A stretch of 64,000 nucleotides of DNA from positions 26,188,560-26,252,559 of the forward strand of contig NC_134027.1 in the NCBI RefSeq assembly GCF_964204645.1, given 5' to 3'. A program made the position numbers and the translations under genes. Numbering within the stretch: the first letter of the stretch is position 1; each line of letters starts with the position of its first letter. The stretch is from Tubulanus polymorphus. Taxonomy: Eukaryota > Animalia > Nemertea. This document shows positions 47,697-60,200 of this stretch, piece by piece. The notes under the pieces were generated by a model, which was not told where the DNA came from, did no database searches, and saw nothing but the letters and a program-made list of their open reading frames with translations.

Positions 47697-47866
47697 GCTG
47701 CCTAACTACTCCGTACGGTGCTGCCGCCATGCTCATCAATAGCGGAATTTTCATACACTAAGATGAATCGACTCTGGCAGTCGACGCTCGCTGTCTCGTG
47801 TTAGTTTGTAGAAAATCCGCTAACGTTGAGCATTGCGGCAGCACCTTACGGTAGAGTGAGGCTGCG
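47697..47866. repeat. Imperfect foldback of an unclassified ~85-bp repeat; other copies at about 23290-23418 and 50852-50955
   Basis: GCTGCCTAACTACTCCGTACGGTGCTGCCGCCATGCTCA ... TGAGCATTGCGGCAGCACCTTACGGTAGAGTGAGGCTGC. Confidence 0.75.
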
Positions 47867-47933
47867 CGCTGTTGTCAGTTCATGCTGTATCCGACGCTGT
47901 CCGACATCGTTCCTCTCTCTTCTTGAAGAAATG

Positions 47934-50070
47934 CATCCTCGCTTGCCAGGGGTCCGGTATCGCTCCCGAACTCGCTTCCACCAGCCCCTGGCCTCACGAA
48001 GCGTGATTTCATTACTGGCGCTGTTGCGCATGACGTCATATATCAACACGCGACAATACTTCCGCGTTCGCTACGTGTTCGCTGATTGGTCCATTTACCA
48101 GGAAATTCCATAGATGCCTAATGTCGTTTGTAACAAGCGCTGTGATTGGCCCGACCTGATTCTGGTCGGCTAGTAACGACTTAGACTGGTTGTCGGTCTC
48201 TACCTTCAGTTAGAGACCGGTTGATCCCATCCTCCATTTTACATTTTCGATGCATGTCAAACATGTCAGTATCGAGTTAGTTCCGGGTTAAAATGGCGTC
48301 TCATCGAATAAGCGAAACTAAGAGTAATATCAAAATCGCACTGGAATGATTGATTACAGTAAATCAGCTGATAATCTATGAATCATAAATGTAATCAGCA
48401 AACAAACAGATATTTAAAGACCGAAGAAAAGGCATTAATTGCTGTGAGTATCGAATTAATCCGCTGATATTACTCGGAATTCAAATAGCCACTAATGAAT
48501 TGATACTTATTAATTTTGTAGGTAAGAAAAAGGGATCAGCTGTGATAGACATTCTGAGGGAACTTGGCTGAAGGGCGACATGGTTTCTTTGTCAACCATA
48601 TGTAAAATATATTCACTCAATTGTTGTGTTTCTGATGATGTGAAAATGACTAAAGTCTGAATAAAGTTAACAATAGTTGAACTCCTTGTCAGTTTTTTTG
48701 ATATCGGATATTTGGATCCAACGCTGCATCTCTACATTTATTCCTTATGATACAGACAGCAAGTTGGGATAGACCAGTTATTCAGATCAACTGGATATTT
48801 GCAATATTTTCATCTCCTCATGGTCCATACATGATTTTTGCTAGAAATTGAGTATTAAATCCATCACGACAAACTCTTTTTTACTGGCAATCCATATTTA
48901 TTGTCGACTATCTAGTACAAAATCTTATTCAATATACAGACTGCCTGACAAGACGGTGACATACGTATTTTGTGACAGCAAATTGTGTGTGACAACAGAA
49001 TGTCACTGATATCTCTGACTTAACTCGAATCACAAAGACCAAGTCTTGACCAGAAAGTAGGCCTAAATCCAATCTCAATTCCAATTGCATGCTCGCTCGT
49101 GTAGTAATCTCTTTGATTTGTGATTGAGGTTACTTTCTGAAATTAAACCGATATACATATACTAACAATTAAACCTGGATTGAGTTTTCAATTCATGTTT
49201 TATCCGTTTTTCAAACTTACCGTGATACAACAACAATTCATTCTGTGCATGTTGAGCCCATTCAATTTAATACGTATAACTTCTCATTCTTAAGAAAACC
49301 TCAGTTGTATCTCAGAAAATCAATATCAGAACACACACAGTGGCCTACAATAGACAATCAACAGAATATTTGTAAATAAGTATTCATTTACTGTTCACAA
49401 GTTTTAATAAAAGACATTGAAGTGAAGTAAGTGAAGTTACCTGTCGTAGGCTAATATTTTCACCATACCGAATTGACTCCTAATATCTAGTGTCACATTC
49501 AGCATAATCAATCAGTCATCTTAAGTGAACAAACAAATTGCCGGTGTCGTGGCCTCTGCTGCATGGCTAGGTTCAGTTCAGTAAGTCAGTCAGTAGAAAT
49601 TGGTTATTCCATCTCAAGTTCGTCGGTTGTTGTCGATGACGACCGTTCCTTTGAACAGGGTAGATTTTGATCCTGCTGTAACGGAGACATACTGCCTTGT
49701 CTGTCGATATCTTCGAGGCCACACGCAGTACAGGTTCTCGCAGAAGCGTTACCTGATAGTTTTGGTCGAGTTTCTTTCTTCCATTGATGTAAAAAACGAC
49801 TTCTAAGAGGTCCATGGAACGTAAATCGAGACACTTTGGAGGCGGCCATGTTACATTGTTCACGTGATGAAATACTGAAATCTGATTGGATCCGTATGTT
49901 CCGCGGAAGATGGCGGACGGGTTAAACCTGTCCTAATCTGACTGCGTATGCAGGTGGCGCAGAATTGGACAGGCGACCAGTCTAGTAACGACTACAACGA
50001 CTCGTGAGGTCAAGGGGTTCGGGGAACGGCTTTAGCAGAGTGGGTTCGAATCCCTTGACGGGTGAAGATG
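47934..50070. mobile_element. Non-autonomous DNA transposon with 9-bp TSD (AcademH-like), outer element
   Basis: Left end CATCCTCGCTTGCCAGGGG; right end CCCTTGACGGGTGAAGATG (imperfect TIR). Flanked by GAAGAAATG (47925-47933) and GAAGAAATA (50071-50079). Confidence 0.8.
48182..49984. mobile_element. Non-autonomous DNA transposon with 9-bp TSD (AcademH-like), nested inside the previous element
   Basis: TIRs TAGACTGGTTG / CGACCAGTCTA. Perfect TSD GTAACGACT at 48173-48181 and 49985-49993. Confidence 0.85.
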
Positions 50071-53000
50071 GAAGAAATATTAGTTCAGCAGATTTCCAAT
50101 AGATGGTGCAGCAAATATCCTTCATTCAGAAGAGACGACCAAACATTTTGAAACGAACACATCGACAATTATTTCACTTTTCTGAATATAAAACAATAAT
50201 TTATTTAGAATATCCCTCCCATATCTGACATAATATGATGTTGTATTTATTAGTGTACATTATTTTATCTATGACATGATTTAGATATATTTTTTTCGCT
50301 TATATATAGTAGGTATAGATAGGACAGTTTGTGGTGTGAAAATGCGTTGTCATGGAAAGATACCACATGCGCGCGCACATCCCAATAATCAGCAGCATTT
50401 GAGGGATGCGATTTAAAGCCATTAACATTGAGACAGGTACATAACTTCCATTATCAATAAGTATAGACTTCACACGCTTATTAGCAATTCAATTCGTTAA
50501 TTTTTGAAATTCCGATCAAACTCTTTAATAATTTACGATTTTTAGTAAGACATTAATCAGTTTGTTATCTCTATTTCTGGGATATCGCGTCCAATCTATT
50601 GATTAGACATAAAACTGTTGGCAGGATAGAAATTCTTACCCTGACGAACGATTATTAAACAGAAATTTAATTAAATCATCTTTTTTAACAAGTAATCTTT
50701 AACACAAATGATTGTTTCCGAGTTTACAACACTGACACGATGTGCCACAAAATTAATTACAAATATTCAACGTGAATTTGTTTCGATTTCTCCTTTTTTC
50801 ATCGATTGAAGATCGAATTAGTGCCTAGTGAGTTGGTAACCTATTCGGTGACTAGGGGGCAGCACCTCTCGGTATAAATGCCCGAGTCGGTTCACATTAG
50901 TGCATGATAATCCCGCATAGTGGCAGCACCTCACGGTGAAGTGAGGCAGCACCCCTAGCCATGTTAGTCAGAATTCAACTGTGCATTGGAAAGCCTGATA
51001 CACAGATTAAACCAGAGTTCAGTTCCAAGAATCTACGCGAATTTGAATTGTTGTACATACTGAAAACATGAAACAACTAATAGTTACTTAACCGACGTTT
51101 TTCGTGTAACTGAACCCGAGGAGACACGCCTCCTAACTGTAAATAACGAAACTAACTCGACGACCCTCTGATGATTGACTAGGTTCACGTCTGCATAAGA
51201 CTCGAAACTTAACACACGAAACTAATATTTCAATCAACGAATAATGTTGAGAAAAAGGAGAAAAGATAACGTTCAAACACTGAAAAAACCGACAAAATCG
51301 ACCGATTTGAATGCAATAGTTTGCTCTGTATAAGAAATGAGATGATTCTCTGATTCGGAGAGTTATCAGTTCTCTAACACGAATACACGATATAATGTCA
51401 ACTAAATCGTTTAATTACGCAGGCCTGTGAAACTACAGTGTCCAATACTACGATCGCAATGGAATTTCATATGGACTGATGACGTTGATAATGGACTATT
51501 CTTCGCTTCAATGTGATCGAGCTTCATTATCGAAATATGTTTACCTCGAAAAGTTAAGCTAGGACCCATTGCGATATCCTATCAGTAGCGGGAAAGGGGT
51601 CTCATATATCATCAGTGAGGGGACAGCGCTGAGGCGGGGGGTTAGTGAAAGGAGGTCTCTATTATAAGTTATTCATTATCGTACAGCGAAAGTGATTGTC
51701 AAAGTGACGATGATCCTGATGATAATAATGATGAAGATGACGATGTTTGATGATGATATACCAGTAATAGAGCACAGTTAAACGGACAAACTATATTTAC
51801 ATTCATTTATACACAAATAATTATTCAATTAATTATCATTTGAATCATTAGTAATTACTCGTACACCCATTTCTAATAGATAATCATTCTATATATGTAT
51901 TTTTATATTATATTAAATTCTTAATATTTCTTTTATACAGCAATACGTCGTCAACGCTATCTCAAAAGTGCCCCGTCACCCCATAGGGGTCATCAGTGTT
52001 GTATTTATAAGGCCGTGCATGTTTCTGATTTTTTTTTGTTAAGCCATTTATTCGTGTTGGATATTCATATTTTCATACTCTCTTTTCATACTCTCTATAA
52101 AAGCCTCAGGATGTGACAATAGTTTTGAGCTTTACAGTAAAATAGACTCTTTTACACCACGCCTGTATATACAGTATCAGCATAGATTTTCAATAATACA
52201 CTTTTCGATGTTCACACAATATGTATATATCCCTGGCATAGTAAAACACTCTCATTATCCGAGCACATACAAACTAGATTTATTTGAAGTCAGTATGGTC
52301 AGCCATTACAACACTGACTTTCGTATCTTAAGTTTAGAAACTTTTTATAACTTAAGTCTCTGATTGGAATTGTTCGACTTATCATGATTTCTGCCATGTA
52401 GATCTATCTATGCGCCTTGAACTGAAAGTTGGAGGTGCACAGTCAAAGCCCAGATTCAAGACCAATCTAAATCCAGATGGTTCAATAGCCAAGCCAGCGT
52501 CTTAAGACTATTGGACCCTAGTTATGGCTGTGCGACCGAGCCCAGTAAATCCAAAACAACAGACCCTGCTTAGACTTATTTTTCAAAAGCCATCGGTAGA
52601 AGTTTCTTCAATCTCTGCCACAAACAGATACTCGATATTATAAATCATACGTGCATCAAACTCGATGAGGCATTGTGTGTATTTCATTCGTATAAAACTA
52701 AGTTATATCAAAATGGAAGATTCTGCATCCGACTAAAATTATTTCAACTCACGCGTTCTATCAATGAAGACATTAAAAAGACACTGTTTACGTTGTACAC
52801 AGTTATATAGGATAGCTTTGTGTTTAATATTTGGGAGATGTTTCTGAGGCGTAGAGAAAAATATACTTCACTAATATAGTTCTACATTAGAAGCGTCTAT
52901 ACTAGGATTCTATTTTTTTGTTGTGAACATCACAGTTGTTTGGTAACTTATCGTCAATTGTCAATTCTAATACAGCGTGTTACACCATTTGAAACCGGAC

Positions 53001-53356
53001 AACAAAAACTCTATTCTGGTAATTTAAAGTCCAATTAGAATTCAAAATACTGACAACCTATAGAAAGATTTACCGGTAGACAAACTACGGAAGGCTATAG
53101 AAGCAGAAATGAGCTCAACTTGTCTATCACCATACGATACAATAATCTTGACGGGCATTTCTCTGAATTATTACATCAATTCTGGAGCAAGCATTTTATA
53201 GAAACGTCTGATATACAACACATAGTATACACAGGTGAACATAAACACGAGAGAGATTAGCGAATAAAGTCATCGTAATGAGATCACAAATTAAAAAGCA
53301 CTGACTCTCCTCTCAACCACCGTCGAATTGTCTCGTGTCGGTCGGTCGGAACCCTA

Positions 53357-56300
53357 TCACACGGTCGTTACCGATAACAGCGGGTTATACGTTTTACCGT
53401 CGGAGACTTTGCTCCCGTGCGCTAACATTTCTTGCACTGTCGTAAAATCGTCGAAAACCTTCTTCGTTTTATGTTTGTTCATTTTACGGTGGCTGAGTTC
53501 GACGATCGTAGCTTCCTTTTTGACCGGTTCCGTGTCGGCGTTCGTTTCTTTCAGAGTCTCCATCTTTTGACGCATGATCTCCTTACGTCGTTTGTGCTCT
53601 TTCGCTTTCTCCAGATGTTTTTTACGTTCGTCTTTATTCCAGTAACGTCCTAGTTTCATTTCGCTCATCGCGTCATCGTCTGTCGTCATTCCCGATCGCT
53701 CCTCCGATAGTTTTTTCGCGCGCTCTTTTAACAGTTTATTACGCACCGGTCTGCGCGTGATATACCGCGATCCATCCGCGCGACGTTTCACCACCCATTC
53801 CATCTGCTGCGTGCTTCCCGATATATTACCGCTTTCACTAGGGGGCGCAGCTGGGCTGGTCGGCGTTTCGCACTGTTGACCGGTAGGCGGCGAAGTTGAG
53901 CCTTGTTTTTGCTTCAACTTGATTTGCTGTTGAAACATTTGCTGTTGAACCTGAATAGTGTGTTCCAGGTTAGCTTTGTTAGTGTACATGACCGTGGCAT
54001 ATTTATCGTAGATCGATGAGGTATTAGAACCGTCGTTTGCGGCCTGATGTCGCGCGATGCTGTCGCTACTTAGCGACTGTTGCACTCCCGCCGAGTGATC
54101 GTCTTTTTGTTGCTCCTTACCGGAGCGAGCCGGCGATTTCGGCCCGATTGTCTGCGTGCTTTTCTCCGAGTCGCTCGTTTGCAAGGACGGTTTACAGGGC
54201 GCGTTTAGGCACAGCATCGAGCCTCCGAGTCCATTGCCGTTCTCTTGATCCATTTGCGGATTGAGTTCTAACGTTAACGGGGTACTTCTACAACTATCAC
54301 CAGTATTATACGCGCTAGTATTCGAACCGCTTCCGCTCGTGTTCGAAAACTCGTTTTTACGCAGCCACATTTGATCACCGTTTTGGGCGTGCATTTTTAA
54401 ACATTCGAGTCTGGTGCCCATGCGCGGTACGAGCCGCGGGCTTCGGAACGCTGGTTCGCGCGCAATGTCTGATTTAATCTTAGTTTGCTCGCGAAGATGA
54501 GTCTCGACGATTTCTTGACATTCGATTTGAATATGTTCCATTTCTTTGTTTAGAATGGCTAACTCTTTTTCTAAACTGCTCTGACTGTTCGACTCGTTTT
54601 TGGACAGGTTTTTCTGAGTTGACGACGACGAAAGCGAGTTTTCTACGTTACTGCAACGGCTTTCTAAAACTTCTCGAAATTTCTCGCACTCCTCGGCGGA
54701 GATCTCGTTCGCGGGGTATTCCTGATCGTTCGATGTGAAACTATCGTTGCTGTGGTGAAGTTCCCCGCTACCGAGGTTACTATTCGCTTGGAACTTGTGA
54801 ACAAGGGCCGGCGACATGCTTTCGTTTTCCAAGAGCTCCTGAAAATATAATAAACGAGTAATGTCAATGAATTCACATAGATGGCGCCGTAGTGTACAGG
54901 TTTGGCCGAGGCAAAAGTAAGCACTTTTCGATAGTAAAAGTAGGCACTAAAATGAGTGCTTTATAAGTCTTCATCCTAATCCATAGCATGAGCGGTGAAG
55001 CTTAAGCATTAATTAATTCAATTGTCTAAAATAATAATATGGGATACCAAAGGTCATAAGTAAGCACTTCGATTTATTTTTGTGACAAGTAAACAATTTA
55101 ATGAATAATTCAAAAAAGTCTGCACTAGAAGGCTGGCTATGAACTATGAGCGTAGTACATATTGACCCTTAGTTGAATAAATTACCTGTTCAGAGCTCTC
55201 GTCATTTTTAGTGCTGTCATCAGTACGACCGACTCCGCTGTCTTTCTCGTGTTTATGCGAAGAGTTTTCGGTAGTTGCCGTATCTGTCGTTCCTCCCTCT
55301 TCGTCGTGATGTAACCCCTGAAGAAAATAAACATTATTCATCATTCTACTGTTTAAATCATTAATTCATTGATTCTAATCCGAAAATAAACATCGCTTTT
55401 TGATATTCTAAATGTGTAAATAGTGGATTTATTATGTATTTTCAATATATCGCGTCAAATCGCGGTCATTCTACTGGAATCAATTTCATTTTCCGATTAT
55501 ATACGCTCTAATCTCACGAAAAAGCATTTTTGAATTTCGAATACTAAATTTCGCTTCTATGTCCACGCGATGCGGGTCGAGATCATTACGTCATGAATGT
55601 AGATTGAGAATGACCGGAACTAGGTGTTTCCTGCGCAGCTGACGACACTATTGATCGTTTAATCAAACCACGCGCGTCTATAGTTTATTCGCCCGTGATC
55701 AAACATAACATTACATCATTTTTCCGTTTATAAATACAGTCGTTTAGGATCGGAAGGATCGGATGTCTGCTGGTTCTAGATGCCACTCGAACTTATCATA
55801 TTTCTATTGTATCCGTAGATATTGATATTACGTAAGTCGTTTATCAGCGCGCAGACGTTAATAGATTTCGAGGATCCAGTTCAACAAATATGTTAGGTTA
55901 TGATTTGACTATAGCATTTGTAATGAATTGATTTTAAGTCCAAAAGACTGTGGAACTAGATCCGTTACTCAACCACGGACCAAGTTCTATATATATTGAG
56001 TTGGAGTGGAGTGGATTCGATTAGTTTATTGTCAAAGTTCATCTGGCAATCATCAAACTGATACCAAGTGGATTGGTTGTAGAACTGATATGAGCTTAGA
56101 CTGCTCTTAAGTTGTTGTTAGATTGGTTATAGAACTGAGGTGAGCTTAGACTGGTCTTAAGTTATTAGATGGTTAAGGAGCTGGTATGAGCTTAGACTGG
56201 TCTTCAGTTGTTAAATTGGTTATAGAACCAAAATGTGCTTAGACTGGTCTTAAATCTGGGCTGAATTTGCAACTGGCCTCTGAATTAGGTTGCTTATGTT

Positions 56301-56671
56301 TAAAATTCCGTACGAGAACTACGGAACTCGATTCTGATCGTCAAGTCCTAATTACTAGACGGCAATGTTACACAATGATCCAAACGTTCAGAAGTCAATC
56401 TTGTTAAATCGCGTGTAAAGTTTTATTACTTTTTCGCTACGGCTAAAAAACGTTAGTAAATTACGGAAACCGGCGGCTGGGGGCTCATTTCTACTGATTG
56501 CGCGCTTCGTAAATCTAATAGAGATAAAACCCCGACTAACAGCAACGGCCATCTATAACGAAATGATCGTGGATTACCATAGATTATCAGGGGATCGCTG
56601 ACGTGTAATTAGCCATGCTTTATTTTGTGTATACAACACTAAATCTAATGAGTAAATGGCCGCGAACAACA

Positions 56672-56767
<96 letters not shown>

Positions 56768-57277
56768 TCATCATTCCATTTTGCGGATATATTCTTTCCT
56801 CGAAACGGGGTTCGGGCTATGAATCATTTCGATCGAGTTTCAATCGGACAAAGTGAAGAATACTTTTCAAAAACAACCAACTATTCATTGTACCTTTAGA
56901 CGAGCACATACGTCGTTAATCTTATACCCTTGATCGTCACCGCCCCGGTACAGTGCTGTTAACAAGGGACTCTTTGTCTTAGGACCAGTCACAGCTGCAC
57001 CTCGGGGTTCTGCGGTTTATTCATAAATTCAGACCTCGATCTATTCTCTATACATATCTGTACTACGTGAAGTAGGTATTTGTTTATTTGTGTTTTGGCT
57101 GAGAAGAGATTTTTTTGCCTTCCGATAAAAGTAAGAAGACTGGTTCGAAAATATCGACGATATAAAGTGTGAAAGACTTACCCGCGGCAAGTGAGGGTAC
57201 GAATGGTGTTGATCTAACATTTCCATGTGGAGGTCGTCTAGCATACACTGTCTCTCTTCCATAAAACCATCATCAAA
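53357..57277 (-). CDS. PDZRN3/PDZRN4/PDZD4 (Slo-interacting protein 1)-family protein, last three coding exons; 5' part unresolved or outside the window
   Basis: Exons 57182-57277, 55186-55317 and 53357-54838 join in phase 0. Family motifs: [88 protein letters not shown] and C-terminal LLSVTTV. Confidence 0.93.
56675..56765. repeat. (AT)n microsatellite
   Basis: About 90 bp of pure TA. Confidence 0.98.
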
Positions 57278-60200
57278 CTGAAATTAGATTTTTTTTTCAA
57301 ATTGATTGATTTTCATTCACAAATGTTTTCATTTCAGACCCAACATTTTACTCGAAGAAAAGTTTGAAAACCGGCTATATACAGAATTTAGATATTAAAA
57401 ACGAATTCTATTTATCAAGAATTAAAAATACACGACGTTTCGAACTCTCACTAACTAGTTCGGTTCACCTCTAAATTCTAGTGGCTTATAAACTTATAGT
57501 CTGTTCTCCACGTCAGAGTGTACCAGGACTATTCTACCATTTCACTCGAGGATAAACGTTTTCCTATTCTAAACGCGACGCATAGATTCGACGAAATTGA
57601 AACGACTTCAGGTTTTTTCCATATTAACCTCTGTTACTCACTTTTGAAAAACAACTCAGCCAAAAGCAGCTGGCCTCCCGAGATATATTCCTAACTGGCA
57701 TTTCGACTGCGTGTGAATTTGCCCACCGGTTCTCCGCGACGCGCCCTAAATGATTCAGCTTACTGGCCCTGACTAATGTGACGGTGATTAGTATTTCGAT
57801 TATAGCACCTTTTATCACCTGCCTTAAACCCAGGCACCTCCTACCGGGAACAGAAACTGACCTTCACTTCACACCAGCCAGTTATGTAACTATATAGAAC
57901 AAAGCCTAAGCCCCGATAATAACAGTAAGGTATATTGTTGATGTAAAGTCCTAGAGGCTTTTGTACAGATCACTTTCATTAGTGTCATGGGAGACTGTGT
58001 ACAATGAAGTCAGCTATGTAAACATAGACCTGGAGCTTATATTCTAAATCAAAACATTATTTATGCATACATTTCAAGTTCAAAGAACGAAAGGTAACGC
58101 GAGAACAATCTATAGACTTTTAAATCCCCCCCGTGCTAAACAACGGATATCTCGAATTTTCCAATTCTGTTCGAGTCAATTAAAAAAATGTTGTAAATTC
58201 GACCGCCGATCACACAGATATATCTACTTCGATTTTCGATTTGAAAATCAAACGCCCTGTTTCGCCCCCGGCCACCAAATCGAATCAAACGAACTCTAGC
58301 AATCAAATAAATAAATAACAGGGTCAATCCATATTTCCCCTATTTCAAGAGCGGAAAAACAAAGGAAATTAACAAATGAAAATGAGTCTTACCTTCATCA
58401 AATTCGGCATAATAACCAACCAGCCCCTACGTTTTATTATTCCTGATTCCTTTTTATAAATCATCCGCCGCTGTAAACTTTTATACAATCGATGTCGACC
58501 GAATTTCATTTTAATATTTTTTTTCAACTCTTTTTTACAGGCAGAAAACTATTTCATGAGAATTGTTCACAAACTTCGTCTAAACATCGATGATCATATT
58601 CCGCTCGATTCGAACTAACAAAATTCAAAAACTGGCGAAGACTTATTCCGTCTAAACTGTCGTTCCTTTTCCTTATCAGATCTTAGTAAACATAAAACCG
58701 GCACTACACAATAACAATAACACTGTCTTTCGTGTCATAAAAATTTTGGCTACGATTCGTCTTTCATTCATAAACGCGTTTTAGGATCGGTCGAAATCCG
58801 CGTTCATTCACAATCCGATTCGCGATCTGATATTAATCCGAGTTCTTAGAGAAGTTTTTACGCGTCGCGTAACCTGTCTTGATTACTTCTCTCATTCAAC
58901 TGTCAAAAAGTCCGTCGTTTATTCCTTCCTACACGCGGTTTTTAGAAAGCCGGCGCGTCGCTTTTTCTTCACTATACGGCGGAGTATCGGTTGATGCCGC
59001 TGCGGAGAGAACCACCCGTCCGACACAAAGCCCAAATCCGAACTGAAGCCAGTCAAAAATTGACAGCCAGATTATAGCCAGAGAATGAACTTTGGATCAC
59101 ACCCCTTTCCTTTATGATCGGTGTTCGTTCATTCATTCGATTCATTAAATCAACGCGCTGAGAAGCCAACCAAACGGCCGCTCGTTCCCTCAACACAGCT
59201 GACCTACCGACAGTTGCCTTAATTACAAAATCCCTTTGAAGTTCGCCCGCCTCTCGAAACCCAATCACATCTGACTAGTTATCGCCGAAGCCACTTCGAG
59301 ATCGGCTCATTCCGACGGCGATCGGGTTGTGTATATTAATTTCTAATGTTTAAGTTACGCAGGTAAATGTATTATAATGGTCCGAAGACAAATAATCGGT
59401 TGTGGCGGTCATACTGAGAGTTTAGTCTTTGATGTTAGCCACGCGGATGAGATAGGGGAGAGTTAGGTAAATGATTATCAGCTGGATGCTCGTAGGTCGG
59501 TACTTCAAACGCGTCGGCGCGCGGGTAACCAGTACCTCGACTACCACCTCTACAGACCTGTTCTCCTTATAGCTTTTACACCTAGATACAAGTGCCTAAT
59601 TATTATGTTCCTGTCATCATCCAATTACCTGCAATAATAATAATCCGCCCGGATAATCCTCGCATCGGATTATCTCCAGACGAGTCGAGTTTAGATTACC
59701 TATAGTTGTGAACGTGGAATCCTAGTGCCCTAGTAACCGCAATGAAAGTTCAACTATCGAAGATAATCGCAACTAATGATTATTAAGCGGCTAATCCCGG
59801 CGGATTAAAAACTCTTAATCCTACAAATCGCAAGGTGTATTCACTTTCGATAGCCCGGTAACCGCAATATATATATACCACCATACAGATAAAACCCAAG
59901 CCGGGCCTAGTTTCACAGACGGGATTAAAGTCCTTAAAAGTGGTTTTTATTGGCTCCAGAACTGAGTGGGTCTTAAAATCTATAAAGCGATGAATGCACA
60001 TCTGCCTCCAGGGGATTCAAGTTTCTTTTTCTTAAAGAATCGATAGTATCGATTCGACAAAATTGACCTTTTTCACCTTTTCAAATATTCGACTTCTATA
60101 TATTTCAAATGGATCATGTACTATTAGTCAAACGGCCAAAACTGTATGAAACCGAAACCACAGTTCATAATTAGAGTTGCGTCCATTCATCAGACTACAC

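Noticed and set aside
47905-47990. HDV-like ribozyme (GCA-TCCTCGCT-TGC resembles P3/L3)
   Set aside because: No convincing P1, P1.1 or P2; P3 is broken in the 37333 copy; the motif is explained as a transposon terminus.
51165-51212. Hammerhead candidate CTGATGA...GAAAC (similar boxes near 112, 26789 and 50641)
   Set aside because: No stem II adjacent to both boxes and no stem I.
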